The notes under the pieces are model-generated. The model ran no database searches, was not told where the DNA came from, and saw nothing but the letters and a program-made list of their open reading frames with translations. Position numbers and translations under genes: made by a program. From assembly GCA_001643675.2 (NCBI GenBank), contig LSRY02000024.1:930001-994000 (forward strand): a stretch of DNA of 64,000 nt, written 5' to 3'. The DNA is from Monocercomonoides exilis PA203. Taxonomy: Eukaryota > Protista > Preaxostyla. Positions within the stretch are counted from its first letter, which is position 1, and each line of letters opens with the position of its first letter. This document shows, piece after piece, positions 53,360-64,000 of this stretch.

Positions 53360-56200
53360 TTAATTATCGTCCTCCGAAATCTGATCGGCAAGATCCTTCA
53401 CATTATCAACAAGCTCAGCAATTAGTGAAAAAGTGAAAACTTGATCAACCTGAGGAGAAGAAGACGATGTCATCTTCAGCTTCTTTATTTCTTCCTCTTC
53501 CAACTCAAACTGGAACAGCTCAATCAGAATCTGCGAGAGCTTCTCCCAGTTTCCTCTTGTGTTTCCTTCTTCATACTCATTTATTGATATTATTCCCTTT
53601 GTCTCTTCTCTTTGACTCAACAGCCACACAAGCACCTTCACAAAGCGGAAACCATCGCGGAAATCAGCAATTAGCTGGGCAGAACAGACAGACAAGGAAG
53701 CAGCTGCAGAGGGGGAAAGGTGGGGAGGAGAAGAAGGAGAGGAAGAAGAAGAAGAAGGAGAAGAAGAAGAAGAAGAAGAAGAAGAAGAAGGAGAAGAAGA
53801 AGAAGATATTAGAGATAAATAGTGAGTGAATGTGGAGTAGACAGAAGGAGAGAAGAAAGGGGGAGGGAAAGTGGAGAGGAACCAGGAAAGCGTCTGGGGT
53901 GATACGACTGTTGGAGACTGATGAAGTGAAGAGGAAGAAGAGGAGGAAGAAGAGGAAGAAGAAGAAGGCGATGATGATGACGACGACGATGATGATGTAT
54001 CTGATTGTGGATAAGCAGGAGCAGGCAGTTGAATGGCCAGTTGCTTTGCATCTTTCGCAATTCCTGTTTCTTCTTCTTCTTCATCATCATCTTCTTCTTC
54101 TTCTTCTTTCTCCTCTTTTCTTTCTCTATCTCTTTCTCCTTCTTCTTTTGAGTTGTGGGTGTTGTTGTCTGTTGAAGTGGATGAGAGAGATGGAAGATAA
54201 GACAGATGAGACGATTGGGTTGAGTTGATGGTGGACGACGTGGCATCTGATGAAGAGGAAGAGGAGGAGGAAGAAGAAGATGATGACGATGAGGATGAGG
54301 ATGATGATGGACGAAAAGAAATGGAAGAAGACGAAGAAGAAGAAGGACGATTATGAATTGTAGAAGAAGAAGAAGAAGAAGAAGTTGGAGGGCGTTGTCT
54401 TTCAGAAGCCAGAGTGGATTGAGTGAGAGAGAATAAAGTGTCATCGTCTGATTCTTTTGTGTCCGTTGTTTTTATCTCATCTGAATGGAATGGAATGTTT
54501 GATGAGTTGTTGGAAGGATATTTTGTTGAAGAAGAAGAGGAAGAAGAAGAATAAGGTGAAGTGAATTGAGACTGGCGTGAAGAAGAGGAAGGAGAAGAGG
54601 AAGAACGAGGAAGAGGGAATTTTGAGGAATTAGAAGAAGAAGAAGAAGAAGTTGATGATGAAGTGATAGATTTTGAAGTATTTTGAGGAAATTCATTTGA
54701 AGAAGGAGAAAGAGAAGAAGAGGAAGAGGAAGTAGAAAGAGAAGAAGAAGAAGGATAAACTTCTGAATGAAGAGAAGCAGCAGAAGAGAACGTTGAGTCG
54801 AAAGAAGGAAATCCAACAATCGATGGAGCAACAGATGAGTTCCACTTGACAGTCACTTCATCATCTGTTGATGAATCATCACTTTCTTCTTCGTCTCTTT
54901 CTTCTTCTCTTTCTCCTTCTCTTTCCCTTTCCCTTTCCTCTCTTTCTTCTTTTTCTCTTTCTCTAACTTCTTCTTCTTCTTCTGTTGTTATTGCATTGTT
55001 ATTTTTGTTTTTAGCCTTGTTAACATGTATTTGTTGCTTTCCTGAAATAGAATTTTCTTTCCTTTCCACATTGTTTTTTCGTTCATCTTCATCATCATCT
55101 TCTTCTTCATCTTCATCATCTTCATCGTCATCATCAGATAACTCATGCAACAACGATGAAGATATATTCTGATTCTTCGGAGCAGAATAAGAAGGCATTT
55201 GTGAACCAATTGATTGTTCATCTGTTTCATTATGCAGTTCTTTCATTGTCTTCTTTGTTGGAATTGAAGATTGATATGAATCAGTCTTGCTCATATTCTT
55301 GTTCTTCCCCTTCACTTCAACCACAACTGGCTTTGTTTGCTTCATCTCCTTCATTCTTTCTCCTTCTCTTTCTCTTTCTCTTTCTCTTTCATTCAATGAA
55401 GATACCATTTCATTCTTCTTTTTTGTAATGTGAATGTTTTGATAGGATGTTCTGACGGAATTGTTCTCTTGCGAAGAAGATAACTCCATTTCAGACAATT
55501 CATCAGACACAAAATGAATGGGAATCGGCTCTTCATCTGTTGTGTCATCATCATCTTCTTCTTCTTCTCTTTCTTCTTCTCTTTCTTCTTTTCTTTCTTC
55601 TTCTTCTCTTTCTTCTTTTGTTCTTATTTTATTTCTTTCCTTTTTATTTCCTTCTTCTTCTTCTTCGTCTTCGTCTTCTTTCATTTCATTTCTTAATCGC
55701 TTCATCCTCTTTTCATGAAGCTCCAATTCTTCCTTCAATTTCTTGTATTCTTCACTTTCTTCATCATTTTCTTCTCTTCCTCTTCTTTCTTCTTCTTCTT
55801 CTTCTTCTTCTTCTTCATATCCTTTTTTAATGTTTTTATAAGAAGACATTTTATTTTGTGTGTTATGTTTTACCCAAACACTAACGGGCTTATTCATTTC
55901 TACTTCTTCTTCTTCTCTTTCTTTCTTTCTTCTTTCATTTTCTCTTTCTTTCCTTTTTCTCTCTTCTTCTTCTTCTTCTTCTTTCTCGTCTTCTTCCTCA
56001 TCTTCATCATCCAATATTGTAATCCTCTTCTTCAATGTTAGATTTCCCATATGATTCTGCCCAAAAACAAAGTTATTAAGTTTATTTTGCCTGAAATTTG
56101 CTTTATTTCTTTCTTCTCGTTGAAATTCACTGTTTTCTGGTGTGTTATCAAATAAATCCATTTTTGTTGAAACAACTTTTGAATTCAATTTTTCTTTCTC

Positions 56201-56231
<31 letters not shown>

Positions 56232-56236
56232 CTTTC

Positions 56237-56267
<31 letters not shown>

Positions 56268-58776
56268 CTTTCTCTTTCCTCTTCCCTCTTCCTCTCCTTC
56301 TCCATCTTCCTCTTCCTCTCTGCCTCTTTCGCTCTCTCTATCTCCTCTTGTATTTCTCTATCCATCTCTTCTTTCTCTCTCCTCTCCCTCTCTTTCTTCT
56401 CTTCCTCTATTCTTTTCGCCTCTTCCTCTTCAAACAACCTCTGCCTTTCTTTCTCCTCCCTCATCTTCTCTTTCTCCTTCAAAATTTGCTCTTTCACCTT
56501 TTCTCTCTCTCTTTCTCTCTCTTCATCCATCTTCTTCTGCTTTTCTCTGTTCTCCTTCATCATCCTCATCTCCTTCTCTTCTCTTTCCATTTCTTGTCTC
56601 ATTCTTCTTTCTTCTTCGCTTTCTTCATATCTATTTTTCATTCCTTTATCACTATTAATCATTGAATTCTTTTCTTTCTCTTCCTTCTCCTCCTCATCCT
56701 CATCCTTCGGCATAATCTCTCCAAATCTGAAGAGAGGCGACAGAACAAGTGGCTGCCTCTCAAACTTCTTCCTTGGCGTTGGCTCAGCTGCTCCTGCTGC
56801 TTTCCCTTCGTTTCCTCCTTTTTTGCCTTTGTTGCCTAAATAGGAAGGCGGCGAAACATCGGAGCCTTTCCCAGTTTTCCCGCGCTGTCTTAATAATTCT
56901 TCTCTTCTGCGAATGAAATCTCTTTCTCTTTTTTCTCTTTCTCTCTCTTTCTTCTGCTTCTCTGCCTCTAATATCTCATCGTGGCGGAGGTTTCTTTGTT
57001 TGGCTTGGGAAAGATAATGCAAGCGATCTGATCTGTTGGAGAAGGAAGAATAGGAAGAAGAAGAAGAATGAGGAGTTGAAATGGATGAAAATGAAGCAAC
57101 AGAAGAAGAAGAAGAAGAAGGATGAAGAGGAGGAGGGGTGGAAAGGGTGTTTGCAGAGGCAGATGACTTCATTGACACAGAAGAAGTGGATGATGATGAT
57201 GATGAAGCATAAGCAGAAGGAGCAGACACAATAGAATCTGATCTTTCTCTTCCTCCCTCTCTTTCTCTCTCTTCATGTGCATATGAGTGTGAATGAGGTG
57301 TTTGAATAGCAGAGTGCTGTCTGTGAAGCGAGGGCGGAATGTGAAGTGGAGGTGGATCTGTTTTCTTTGGCTGCTTCATCAGAGGAGGTGAGAGAGTAGT
57401 CAAAGAGGAAGAGGAAGAAGATGAGGAGGAAGAGGAAGAGGAAATGGAAGAAATAGAAGAAAGTGATGGAAGCGAAGGATTGCGCGGAATGACACGAGAA
57501 TAGAGCGGTTCCTGCGGGCTGCCCCATTTCTGTCTGCTGGCTGGCTCAGAAGGCTCTGCTGTGTGCTGATATCCCTCTTGTTCTCTGCTCTGTGTGTGTG
57601 TGTGATCACTCTTAACTCCTCTGTTTGATTGTGCTCCACAGCTCTCCCTCGACTCTGCATTGCTCTCTCTCCTTCTGCTCCTTCTGCTGCCTTCTTTGGC
57701 TGACCATTCTTCTTCTTTTTCTTCTTCTTCTGAGCCTTCTTCTGAGTCTCCTCTGCTCCCTCGCGAGCTGTTTCTGCTGCGAGATGAATACGACTGCTGA
57801 TATCTTCTTCTAATATCATTTGCTCTGTCGCTTTCATTCTCTCCTCCATTCTCTTCTCCTCCTCTTCCTCTCCCTCTCCCTCTCCTCAGCCCTGTGTCAA
57901 TGCGCGGCTTCACATTCGCCAGCTTCGGGTTTGGCGGCCGGCTTGCCGGAAATGCGCTGGACGAGTGTTGTGAACCAGAATGAAGACTTGCCTGTGAGCT
58001 TGCCCTGGAATAAGCAGGAGATTGCGAACGGCAGGTTTCTCTTCCGTGGCAGCTGTCTGTATCGTCTGTATCAGCTCGGGAAGAAGTTGTTGGATACCTG
58101 CCGAGTGGCTTTGGGATGGCAGATTTGGACTTGGTGTTTGGTTGTGGAAGTGATGGTAAAAAACTTTGTGCATCTTCGTCATATTGATTAAGCCCAAAAT
58201 CTATTATATGATCTCTTCCATGATCATCTGCACGGGCGATCTTTATACCAAGCTTCGCATACATTGCATCAAGCTGTGAATCCAAATCTGCAATTGACTG
58301 CATCAACTGATGCTCCTGAATTGTCAAATTTAACGAAGGTACTGCTCAAAAATAATTCAAATAAAACTTTAAAAAATAACTTTCGGCAAACATGAGACAA
58401 TTTTTTCAGATTGAGATGGAAGCTTTTGTTGAGTTTGCTTTAATGCATCACGTTTTTTTATTGCTTGCTCTCTCATTTTTTGCCTTTCTTCAATTTCCTT
58501 TTCAATTGCCAGAATTTCTGGATCAAGTTCAATATCATCGTGATTTCCAGCCTGATGTTGCTCATATATCCGTCTTGAACGCATTTTATCTTTGTGTTTT
58601 TGTAGGGATGATGGAATCGGACGATTACGAATTTGCCTTGCTCTTTCGAGTGCAAGTTGAGCTTCAGAAGCTACTGAAGTCGCAACAGAAGTAAAAGACT
58701 TAACGCTTTGCAGAGACGATCGAGACATTCTAGAAGGTGAAAGAGAGCGTTCGTCATATTGCATATGCTCACTCAT
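53360..58776 (-). CDS. Large low-complexity/charged protein (~1788 aa), possible degenerate calponin-homology-like C-terminus; exons 58776-58392, 58341-53360
   Basis: A GTTTGC...GCAG intron at 58342-58391 joins ORFs 58369..58776 and 53360..58327. E/R/K single-alpha-helix-like tracts and poly-Ser. C-terminal LIADFRDGFRFVKVL..NWEKLSQIL is only weakly CH-like. Confidence 0.75.
56191..56280. repeat. (CT/CTTT)n microsatellite encoding an ERE(K)RE tract
   Basis: Pure pyrimidine run on the + strand, coding EREREREREKERERE on the - strand. Confidence 0.8.
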
Positions 58777-59316
58777 TACTTCAAAAAATAATTTTAATAT
58801 AAATTTTTGAGTAAATAAATATACAGCAACTAAATTCGTACGTTTACTTTCAATTTCTGTGTAAATAATTATGTATTAATCTATAAGTTGCGTTTTAAAA
58901 CGGTTAGTTAAACTTTTGGAGAATATTTTGAAAAATATCAAAACAAAAAACAAGAAATATAAATTTATGTTTTTGATCTATACATTTTTGCACAATATCA
59001 TGAACAGAAAAATGTTCGTATGGCGTTTAAAAAAGAATAGAAAAAAATTTCAAATAGATGCTAAGATTTAAAAAAACATTAGGAGGAAGTTCAAAATGAA
59101 TTTATAAAAAAATTTTTTGAGATTTATGTGTATTTTTTATTCTAAAATATTTTTGAAAGATGAGCAATATTACGATATTCTCTAAATCCCTTCAAAGTGA
59201 CTCGCAGCATGTTTCACTGAACGCACGAGCAAAATTAAATGGATCAAAAGCTTGGGATGGAAGAAGAAGAAGCGTCAATTTACAAATCGCATTACTATTT
59301 ACTCAAATTCAAGTTT

Positions 59317-62300
59317 TTAATGCTCAGCTGGGGCTTTAACTTCCCTCACGTCACAGCCATATTCATCGCTCGAGATAAGCACAGCATACTTCTTCTCTCT
59401 CCCGTTTTGTCTGCCACTGATGTCTCCACTATTCACCGACGCATAATCAAAGCAGCCACGCACGTCTGTGAATCCATCCTTCACAAATGTTCCTGTTGTG
59501 CCCTCTCCTTCTCTCTGGCTGTACACCTTCACATACGCCTTCGCCACAGGCAGCCCTGTCTTCTTGCTCGCCACACGCAGTCTTCCCGTCGCCTCGTACA
59601 TTGTGATGTCCATGCCGTGGCTGAAGCACTCTGAAAGACGCTTCTTCCCACAATACTCGGCTTCTATAAACACATTCTTGTGCTTGAATTCATTAGGAAT
59701 CTTCACAATTATCTCTTCATGAAGCTCTCCTTTGCCTTCTTTCGCTTCTTTCGCTTCTTTGCCCTTTGCAAACAACACTTTTATTTCTTTCGTTGCCTTC
59801 ACAAGAGAAAACATTGGATCTGAGTTCCACTTCATAAATGGCTTCATGCTGAACATAAGCTCCATGTTCACCAAATAGAATCTCACTTTTCCTCTTCTTT
59901 CTCTTCCGTTCTTCTGAATCAGATGTGCTTCCATCTTCTCTGCATCCACCTTCAGCTCCAGCTGCGTCTCAGCCACCATCGACTCTGCCAGCATCTTCTG
60001 TCTCTTGCTTTCTCTCTCTGCTTCACTCTCCAGCAGCATTCGTCTTTCTTTCTCTTCTTTCTCTTCTTTCTCTTCCTTCTTGTCTTTGGCTTTCTCTTTC
60101 TCTTTCTCCATCTCCGTATTGGCATCTGCATAAGCTTTGTCAATCTCCTTCAGCTGATCTGCCAGCTGCTCAAACATCAGCCTCCACCGAGTAATCGGCT
60201 CTTCTCTCCTCTTCGCAACTACTTCCCTCGCTGCTGCCAGCGCTGGCACGTTGCATCCACTTGAGCTGCTGGCAGATTGACCATTTCTGCTGCTGGCATG
60301 TTGGATTGGCCGGCAGAAGTCCAAATAAGCTCTCATATAATCATATTGCAGGCTCATCTCGTGTGCATCTTCTGCACTCAGCTTTTTGTCTTTCTCTGAG
60401 TTAGAAGATGATGATGATGGAGTTGAAGACGACGATGCTTCAGAACCGATTGAGTCGAACAGTTCAATCGCCTCCTTCATCCTCTCCTGCAGCACCAGAT
60501 AGTACACCAGCACCAGCTTCTCCTTGTCGTCAATCAACATCTCGCTCTTCTCCTTTCTTGGCTTCCCTGGCTCCAGCACAGCACCGTGCACCAAATAGCT
60601 CAGATACTTTCTGTATTGTTTTGCAAGGTCTTTGTTTGCAATCTGTTCTGATCCCTTTCCGTGGCGGAATGTTCTCGCATTGATCAGAGGGCGGTACTCA
60701 AGCAGACGCACTTTCCCGTTCTGAACAGGATCCTGCTTGTAGATGCACGACTTGATTGTGTCATACTCTGGCAGTATCCCTTCAATCTTACCCGATTCTT
60801 TCTGCATCAGATACATTTTGATCGCAGCGTCTGGCCCGTTATGCATCAGCGCATATGAGTACACACTGTCGTCGTACAACCCGCGTCTCAGCAGAATCTC
60901 AATCACTCGATCAAACACTACCTTTTCGCGCAGTCGCCAGCAGATCGAGGACAGTTTCACGTTGCTCTGGAACACGTTGTTGCCTTCCAGGAATGCACAC
61001 AGCGCTTCGTCTGACCCGTCGCGTGCGATGCTGTCCCAGTCTTCATCGTCATCCCTTGTGATGACTGCACTTGCCTCCGCCTGCGACAGCACGTGAATGC
61101 GATGTCCTCCTTCTGCACTGCACCCGACATAGTTCCCTTTCACAGACACGTGTGTCCCAAAGTGTCTGAAGTGCCCGGCAAACGGGAAGTAGAACGAGTA
61201 CCTCAGAATCTCCGTCCTGAAGCCCTGAAGTACGATGCTCCGTGTCTTTGTGGTGAATCCTCTCCCGATGGCTACTGCACCCTCGGGAATCTGGCTGAGC
61301 ACATCGACTGTCACCGGCCCTGCACTTGTGTTGGTGACAATCACATCGCAGGTGTATCCTTCGCCTGCACATAACTCTGCCCAGTTGATGTACCGCCGCA
61401 CGTTGCAGTTCTCTTCGTTGTCCCAAACTGTTTCGCGTCCAACATTAACTACAAGCTCCTGCACAATAATTCGATCCTCCAGCTCTTTTTGCCTTTTTCT
61501 CTGCAGTTCGGTCGATTTACTTACAGATGCCGCAGGGGCAGGCGTTGATGCTGATGCTGATGCAGAAGCAAAAGCTGACGCAGAAGCAGAAGAAACAGTG
61601 GAAGATGAAGGTGCATCTTCATTCTGTTTGCCTTCACCCTCAACTGGTTCAATCTCCTTCACAAACACAAGAATTGGGCTCTTTGACTTGATAGTTGCCC
61701 TGCTGACTCCCTCCAGCGTCGTTACGCTCGTTTCCTCACGTGCTCGACTCACACTCACATCGCTTAGTGCAATTGCAATGGCAGTCTCAGCAAAGGATGA
61801 CACAGCATCCATCAGAAATGGCGAGACAAACGGCTTTCCAGGTGCGCTTGTCCAAGTTCTCCTGGCATCTCTTCTCTCCTTCTTTGCTTCAGCACTCATC
61901 TCGTTCTCTGTCTCTTCCACCACACTGCCCAGCTCGTGCACAGCATAATCGACCATAAAGCGGCTCCACGGGATCAGAAGCCTGGTTGGGTACTCCACGT
62001 TCCAGTAGCCACTTTCTCTGTACTCCTTCGTGTTCTCCACCTGCTTGAAGTGTGGCACTGCTGGAATCGCCGCTGCTTTCATCCGCAGCATCGGTGCTCG
62101 CTCCATTTTGTAGTTGGCGATAGACATGGGAGCAATGCTATCTTTTTCAAATTCCTTTTCCTTGAATGCCATGCTTGAACTGGATGTGCAGCAAGCATCT
62201 TCATCTGCATCCTCGCACTCGCACTCGCACTCTTCTTCGCACACTTCATCGCACTCGTCGTCATCACATGCATCACAGCACTCAAACATCATCTTCTCCT

Positions 62301-64000
62301 CAGCTCCATTGTCGCACATTGCGCATTCCTCGCATGCTTCTAGTTCAGAGAGAAGCATCTGTTCATCTTCCGCTTCTTCTTCTTCCTCTTGAACTTCTTC
62401 TTCCTTTTTATCTTTCTCTTTTTTCTCCTTCTTCGTCTCCAGTCCAGCAGTCAGCGCAACCTCAAACATTCGGCTTTCTCTCTCTCGATTCACAACCTTC
62501 GCTTCCATACGCGCCTCAGCATCTTCTACAAACGCAACACACCGCTTTTTGTGCTCGGCAAGCTTCCTTTGCGCTTGTGCGATGCCCTTCTTGTCCTTCC
62601 CGCTCTTTTCGTCTGTTGCTTTTCTCACTGCTGCCTCGTACAGCTCCAGCAGCCGCTTCATCACCAAGATCTGCTCAAATGCATTCAGCTGCTCAAACAC
62701 CGCTGGATGTGCAAAGCGCTCAAACACGTGCACATCCTCTGAGCCACCCAAGACATAGTCAATCACTCCTTTCTCCTTCTTCCACCGCAGCGACGGCGCC
62801 ACATGCTTTGCGAAGAACTGCGGTGCTCGCTTCCACAGCAGCACATGCACCTCGTGGCACGCCATGCTGCCCCACCGCTTCTTCAGCTCTTCCTCGTCTG
62901 ATGATCCCTTCTTTCCTTTGCGCTTCTCTTTTTCTTTCTCTTCTGCTCCTTCCTCAGAGTTGCAGCTAACATCCATACGCTCCAAATCTCCAAACAGCTC
63001 TTCAAACTTCCTCAGATCTTCTCTGTAGTTTGAGGGCAAATGCTCGCTTTCGTAAAGTGAAGCATACAATCTTAGAAGCCCCCTCAAGCAGCAGAACGTC
63101 ACATGGCTCGATGATGACAGGTCTTTGATCACTCGCTGCTGCTTCGGCTGCCCTACGCTTATGCAAGACCCAACTCCAACATTCCAATGCCCTTCAGATG
63201 CATCTGCTCCTTCTGCCCCGTTGGTCTCTCCTTCTCCAAGCACCACGTCTGCTATCTTCCGCTCCACCACATGCACATTGCAGTCCAGAGGCGCCATCAG
63301 CCGCATGTCTCTTGTGGCTTCCTCCCCTTTCCCTTCCTTTTTCTGCCCTTGTCTGGTCTTCGCCTCATCAAGCTCCACCGTCTTTGCATCTACGCCTTCC
63401 ACGTCTGTTGCCACAACTTTAAGCTGTCTGTGGACGCACTTCAGCAGCCTCGCTGGAACGACAAGTGTTGCCCTTCTATTTGCATCCACCTTCCCAACCT
63501 TCTGGTTCACCAGCACCATCGTCGGCTCCACCAGAAAGTCGATGCTCTTCCTGTCGCTCACATTCGCCTTGCCAGGCACAGTTGTCCCAGGCAGCATCGT
63601 CACTGCGCCAAAAGCTTTGCCTCCTCCCCAGGCACTGCTATCCTCCGCAAAGCAGTTTGCAGCACCGCCAGCTTCACCTCCTCTGCCACTGAACCGCTCG
63701 CCTTGTGTTGTTCGTGCTTCTTCCCTTCTTGTGTCGCCATTCACAATCGCATTCACCACAAGCCCTGGCGCATCCAGCATCATCCCCACCTTCCTCTCAC
63801 TCCTCTGTCTCTCCAGAATGTATTCCTGCTCGCTTCCCAGCCGTTTCTCATTCTCGTAGAACGACTGTGCTGCCAGATAATTTGTTGCTTTCCCACCGAG
63901 CCATTCAAACCCAGACAGAAGTGTACCTGCATCAAATGCCTCCACCAGCCTCGTTCCAAACAGATGGACTCGTGTCATCTCTGAGCACTCTGACAGTTTT
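59317..64000 (-). CDS. Very large conserved hypothetical protein, 5' end beyond the window (>1560 aa); possibly distant alpha-2-macroglobulin/Ig-like repeats
   Basis: Frame is open to the window edge. Globular blocks YTCDVIVTNTS..VDVLSQIPEGA..YSFYFPFAGHFRHF, LEYRPLINART, LQYDYMRAYLD, AYVKVYS..FVKDGFTDVRGCFDYASV are separated by low-complexity inserts. Confidence 0.8.
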   Translation of the reverse strand, partial: KLSECSEMTRVHLFGTRLVEAFDAGTLLSGFEWLGGKATNYLAAQSFYENEKRLGSEQEYILERQRSERKVGMMLDAPGLVVNAIVNGDTRREEARTTQGERFSGRGGEAGGAANCFAEDSSAWGGGKAFGAVTMLPGTTVPGKANVSDRKSIDFLVEPTMVLVNQKVGKVDANRRATLVVPARLLKCVHRQLKVVATDVEGVDAKTVELDEAKTRQGQKKEGKGEEATRDMRLMAPLDCNVHVVERKIADVVLGEGETNGAEGADASEGHWNVGVGSCISVGQPKQQRVIKDLSSSSHVTFCCLRGLLRLYASLYESEHLPSNYREDLRKFEELFGDLERMDVSCNSEEGAEEKEKEKRKGKKGSSDEEELKKRWGSMACHEVHVLLWKRAPQFFAKHVAPSLRWKKEKGVIDYVLGGSEDVHVFERFAHPAVFEQLNAFEQILVMKRLLELYEAAVRKATDEKSGKDKKGIAQAQRKLAEHKKRCVAFVEDAEARMEAKVVNRERESRMFEVALTAGLETKKEKKEKDKKEEEVQEEEEEAEDEQMLLSELEACEECAMCDNGAEEKMMFECCDACDDDECDEVCEEECECECEDADEDACCTSSSSMAFKEKEFEKDSIAPMSIANYKMERAPMLRMKAAAIPAVPHFKQVENTKEYRESGYWNVEYPTRLLIPWSRFMVDYAVHELGSVVEETENEMSAEAKKERRDARRTWTSAPGKPFVSPFLMDAVSSFAETAIAIALSDVSVSRAREETSVTTLEGVSRATIKSKSPILVFVKEIEPVEGEGKQNEDAPSSSTVSSASASAFASASASASTPAPAASVSKSTELQRKRQKELEDRIIVQELVVNVGRETVWDNEENCNVRRYINWAELCAGEGYTCDVIVTNTSAGPVTVDVLSQIPEGAVAIGRGFTTKTRSIVLQGFRTEILRYSFYFPFAGHFRHFGTHVSVKGNYVGCSAEGGHRIHVLSQAEASAVITRDDDEDWDSIARDGSDEALCAFLEGNNVFQSNVKLSSICWRLREKVVFDRVIEILLRRGLYDDSVYSYALMHNGPDAAIKMYLMQKESGKIEGILPEYDTIKSCIYKQDPVQNGKVRLLEYRPLINARTFRHGKGSEQIANKDLAKQYRKYLSYLVHGAVLEPGKPRKEKSEMLIDDKEKLVLVYYLVLQERMKEAIELFDSIGSEASSSSTPSSSSSNSEKDKKLSAEDAHEMSLQYDYMRAYLDFCRPIQHASSRNGQSASSSSGCNVPALAAAREVVAKRREEPITRWRLMFEQLADQLKEIDKAYADANTEMEKEKEKAKDKKEEKEEKEEKERRMLLESEAERESKRQKMLAESMVAETQLELKVDAEKMEAHLIQKNGRERRGKVRFYLVNMELMFSMKPFMKWNSDPMFSLVKATKEIKVLFAKGKEAKEAKEGKGELHEEIIVKIPNEFKHKNVFIEAEYCGKKRLSECFSHGMDITMYEATGRLRVASKKTGLPVAKAYVKVYSQREGEGTTGTFVKDGFTDVRGCFDYASVNSGDISGRQNGREKKYAVLISSDEYGCDVREVKAPAEH

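Overview
Eukaryotic protist DNA: AT-rich intergenic stretches, short GT-AG introns (often with a GTTTG donor), standard genetic code, and long poly-Ser/Glu/Arg-Glu tracts in coding regions. The gene families and composition most resemble the oxymonad Monocercomonoides; this is an inference, not a verified match. Genes: (i) two near-identical copies of a giant single-pass surface receptor-like gene with a kinase-like C-terminal remnant (1-4532, cut by the window edge, and 33523-38056 within gene 30054-37794), each broken by a different single-base homopolymer frameshift; (ii) an FHA-GAF-class III nucleotide cyclase with altered catalytic residues; (iii) a protein with four AMPK-beta-type glycogen-binding (CBM48) modules; (iv) a class B DnaJ; (v) a bacterial-looking NADAR; (vi) a second beta-helix-type surface protein whose transmembrane anchor lies in frame just behind a TAG stop; (vii) a GRAB-domain golgin head-to-head with an HMG-box/DEK-C protein; (viii) a dual-specificity phosphatase with a very long His/Ser-rich tail; (ix) three proteins of unknown function. 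There is also a 7.6 kb DNA-transposon nest (21953-29552). It holds an intact, intron-containing pogo/Fot1-like DD35D element, a roughly 890 bp near-perfect foldback palindrome, a Merlin/IS1595-type transposase pseudogene that the ORF track misses, three related TA-flanked MITEs, and a decayed Tc1/Tc3-like element. I recognised no rRNA, tRNA or CRISPR array. All intron boundaries and domain calls were made by eye.
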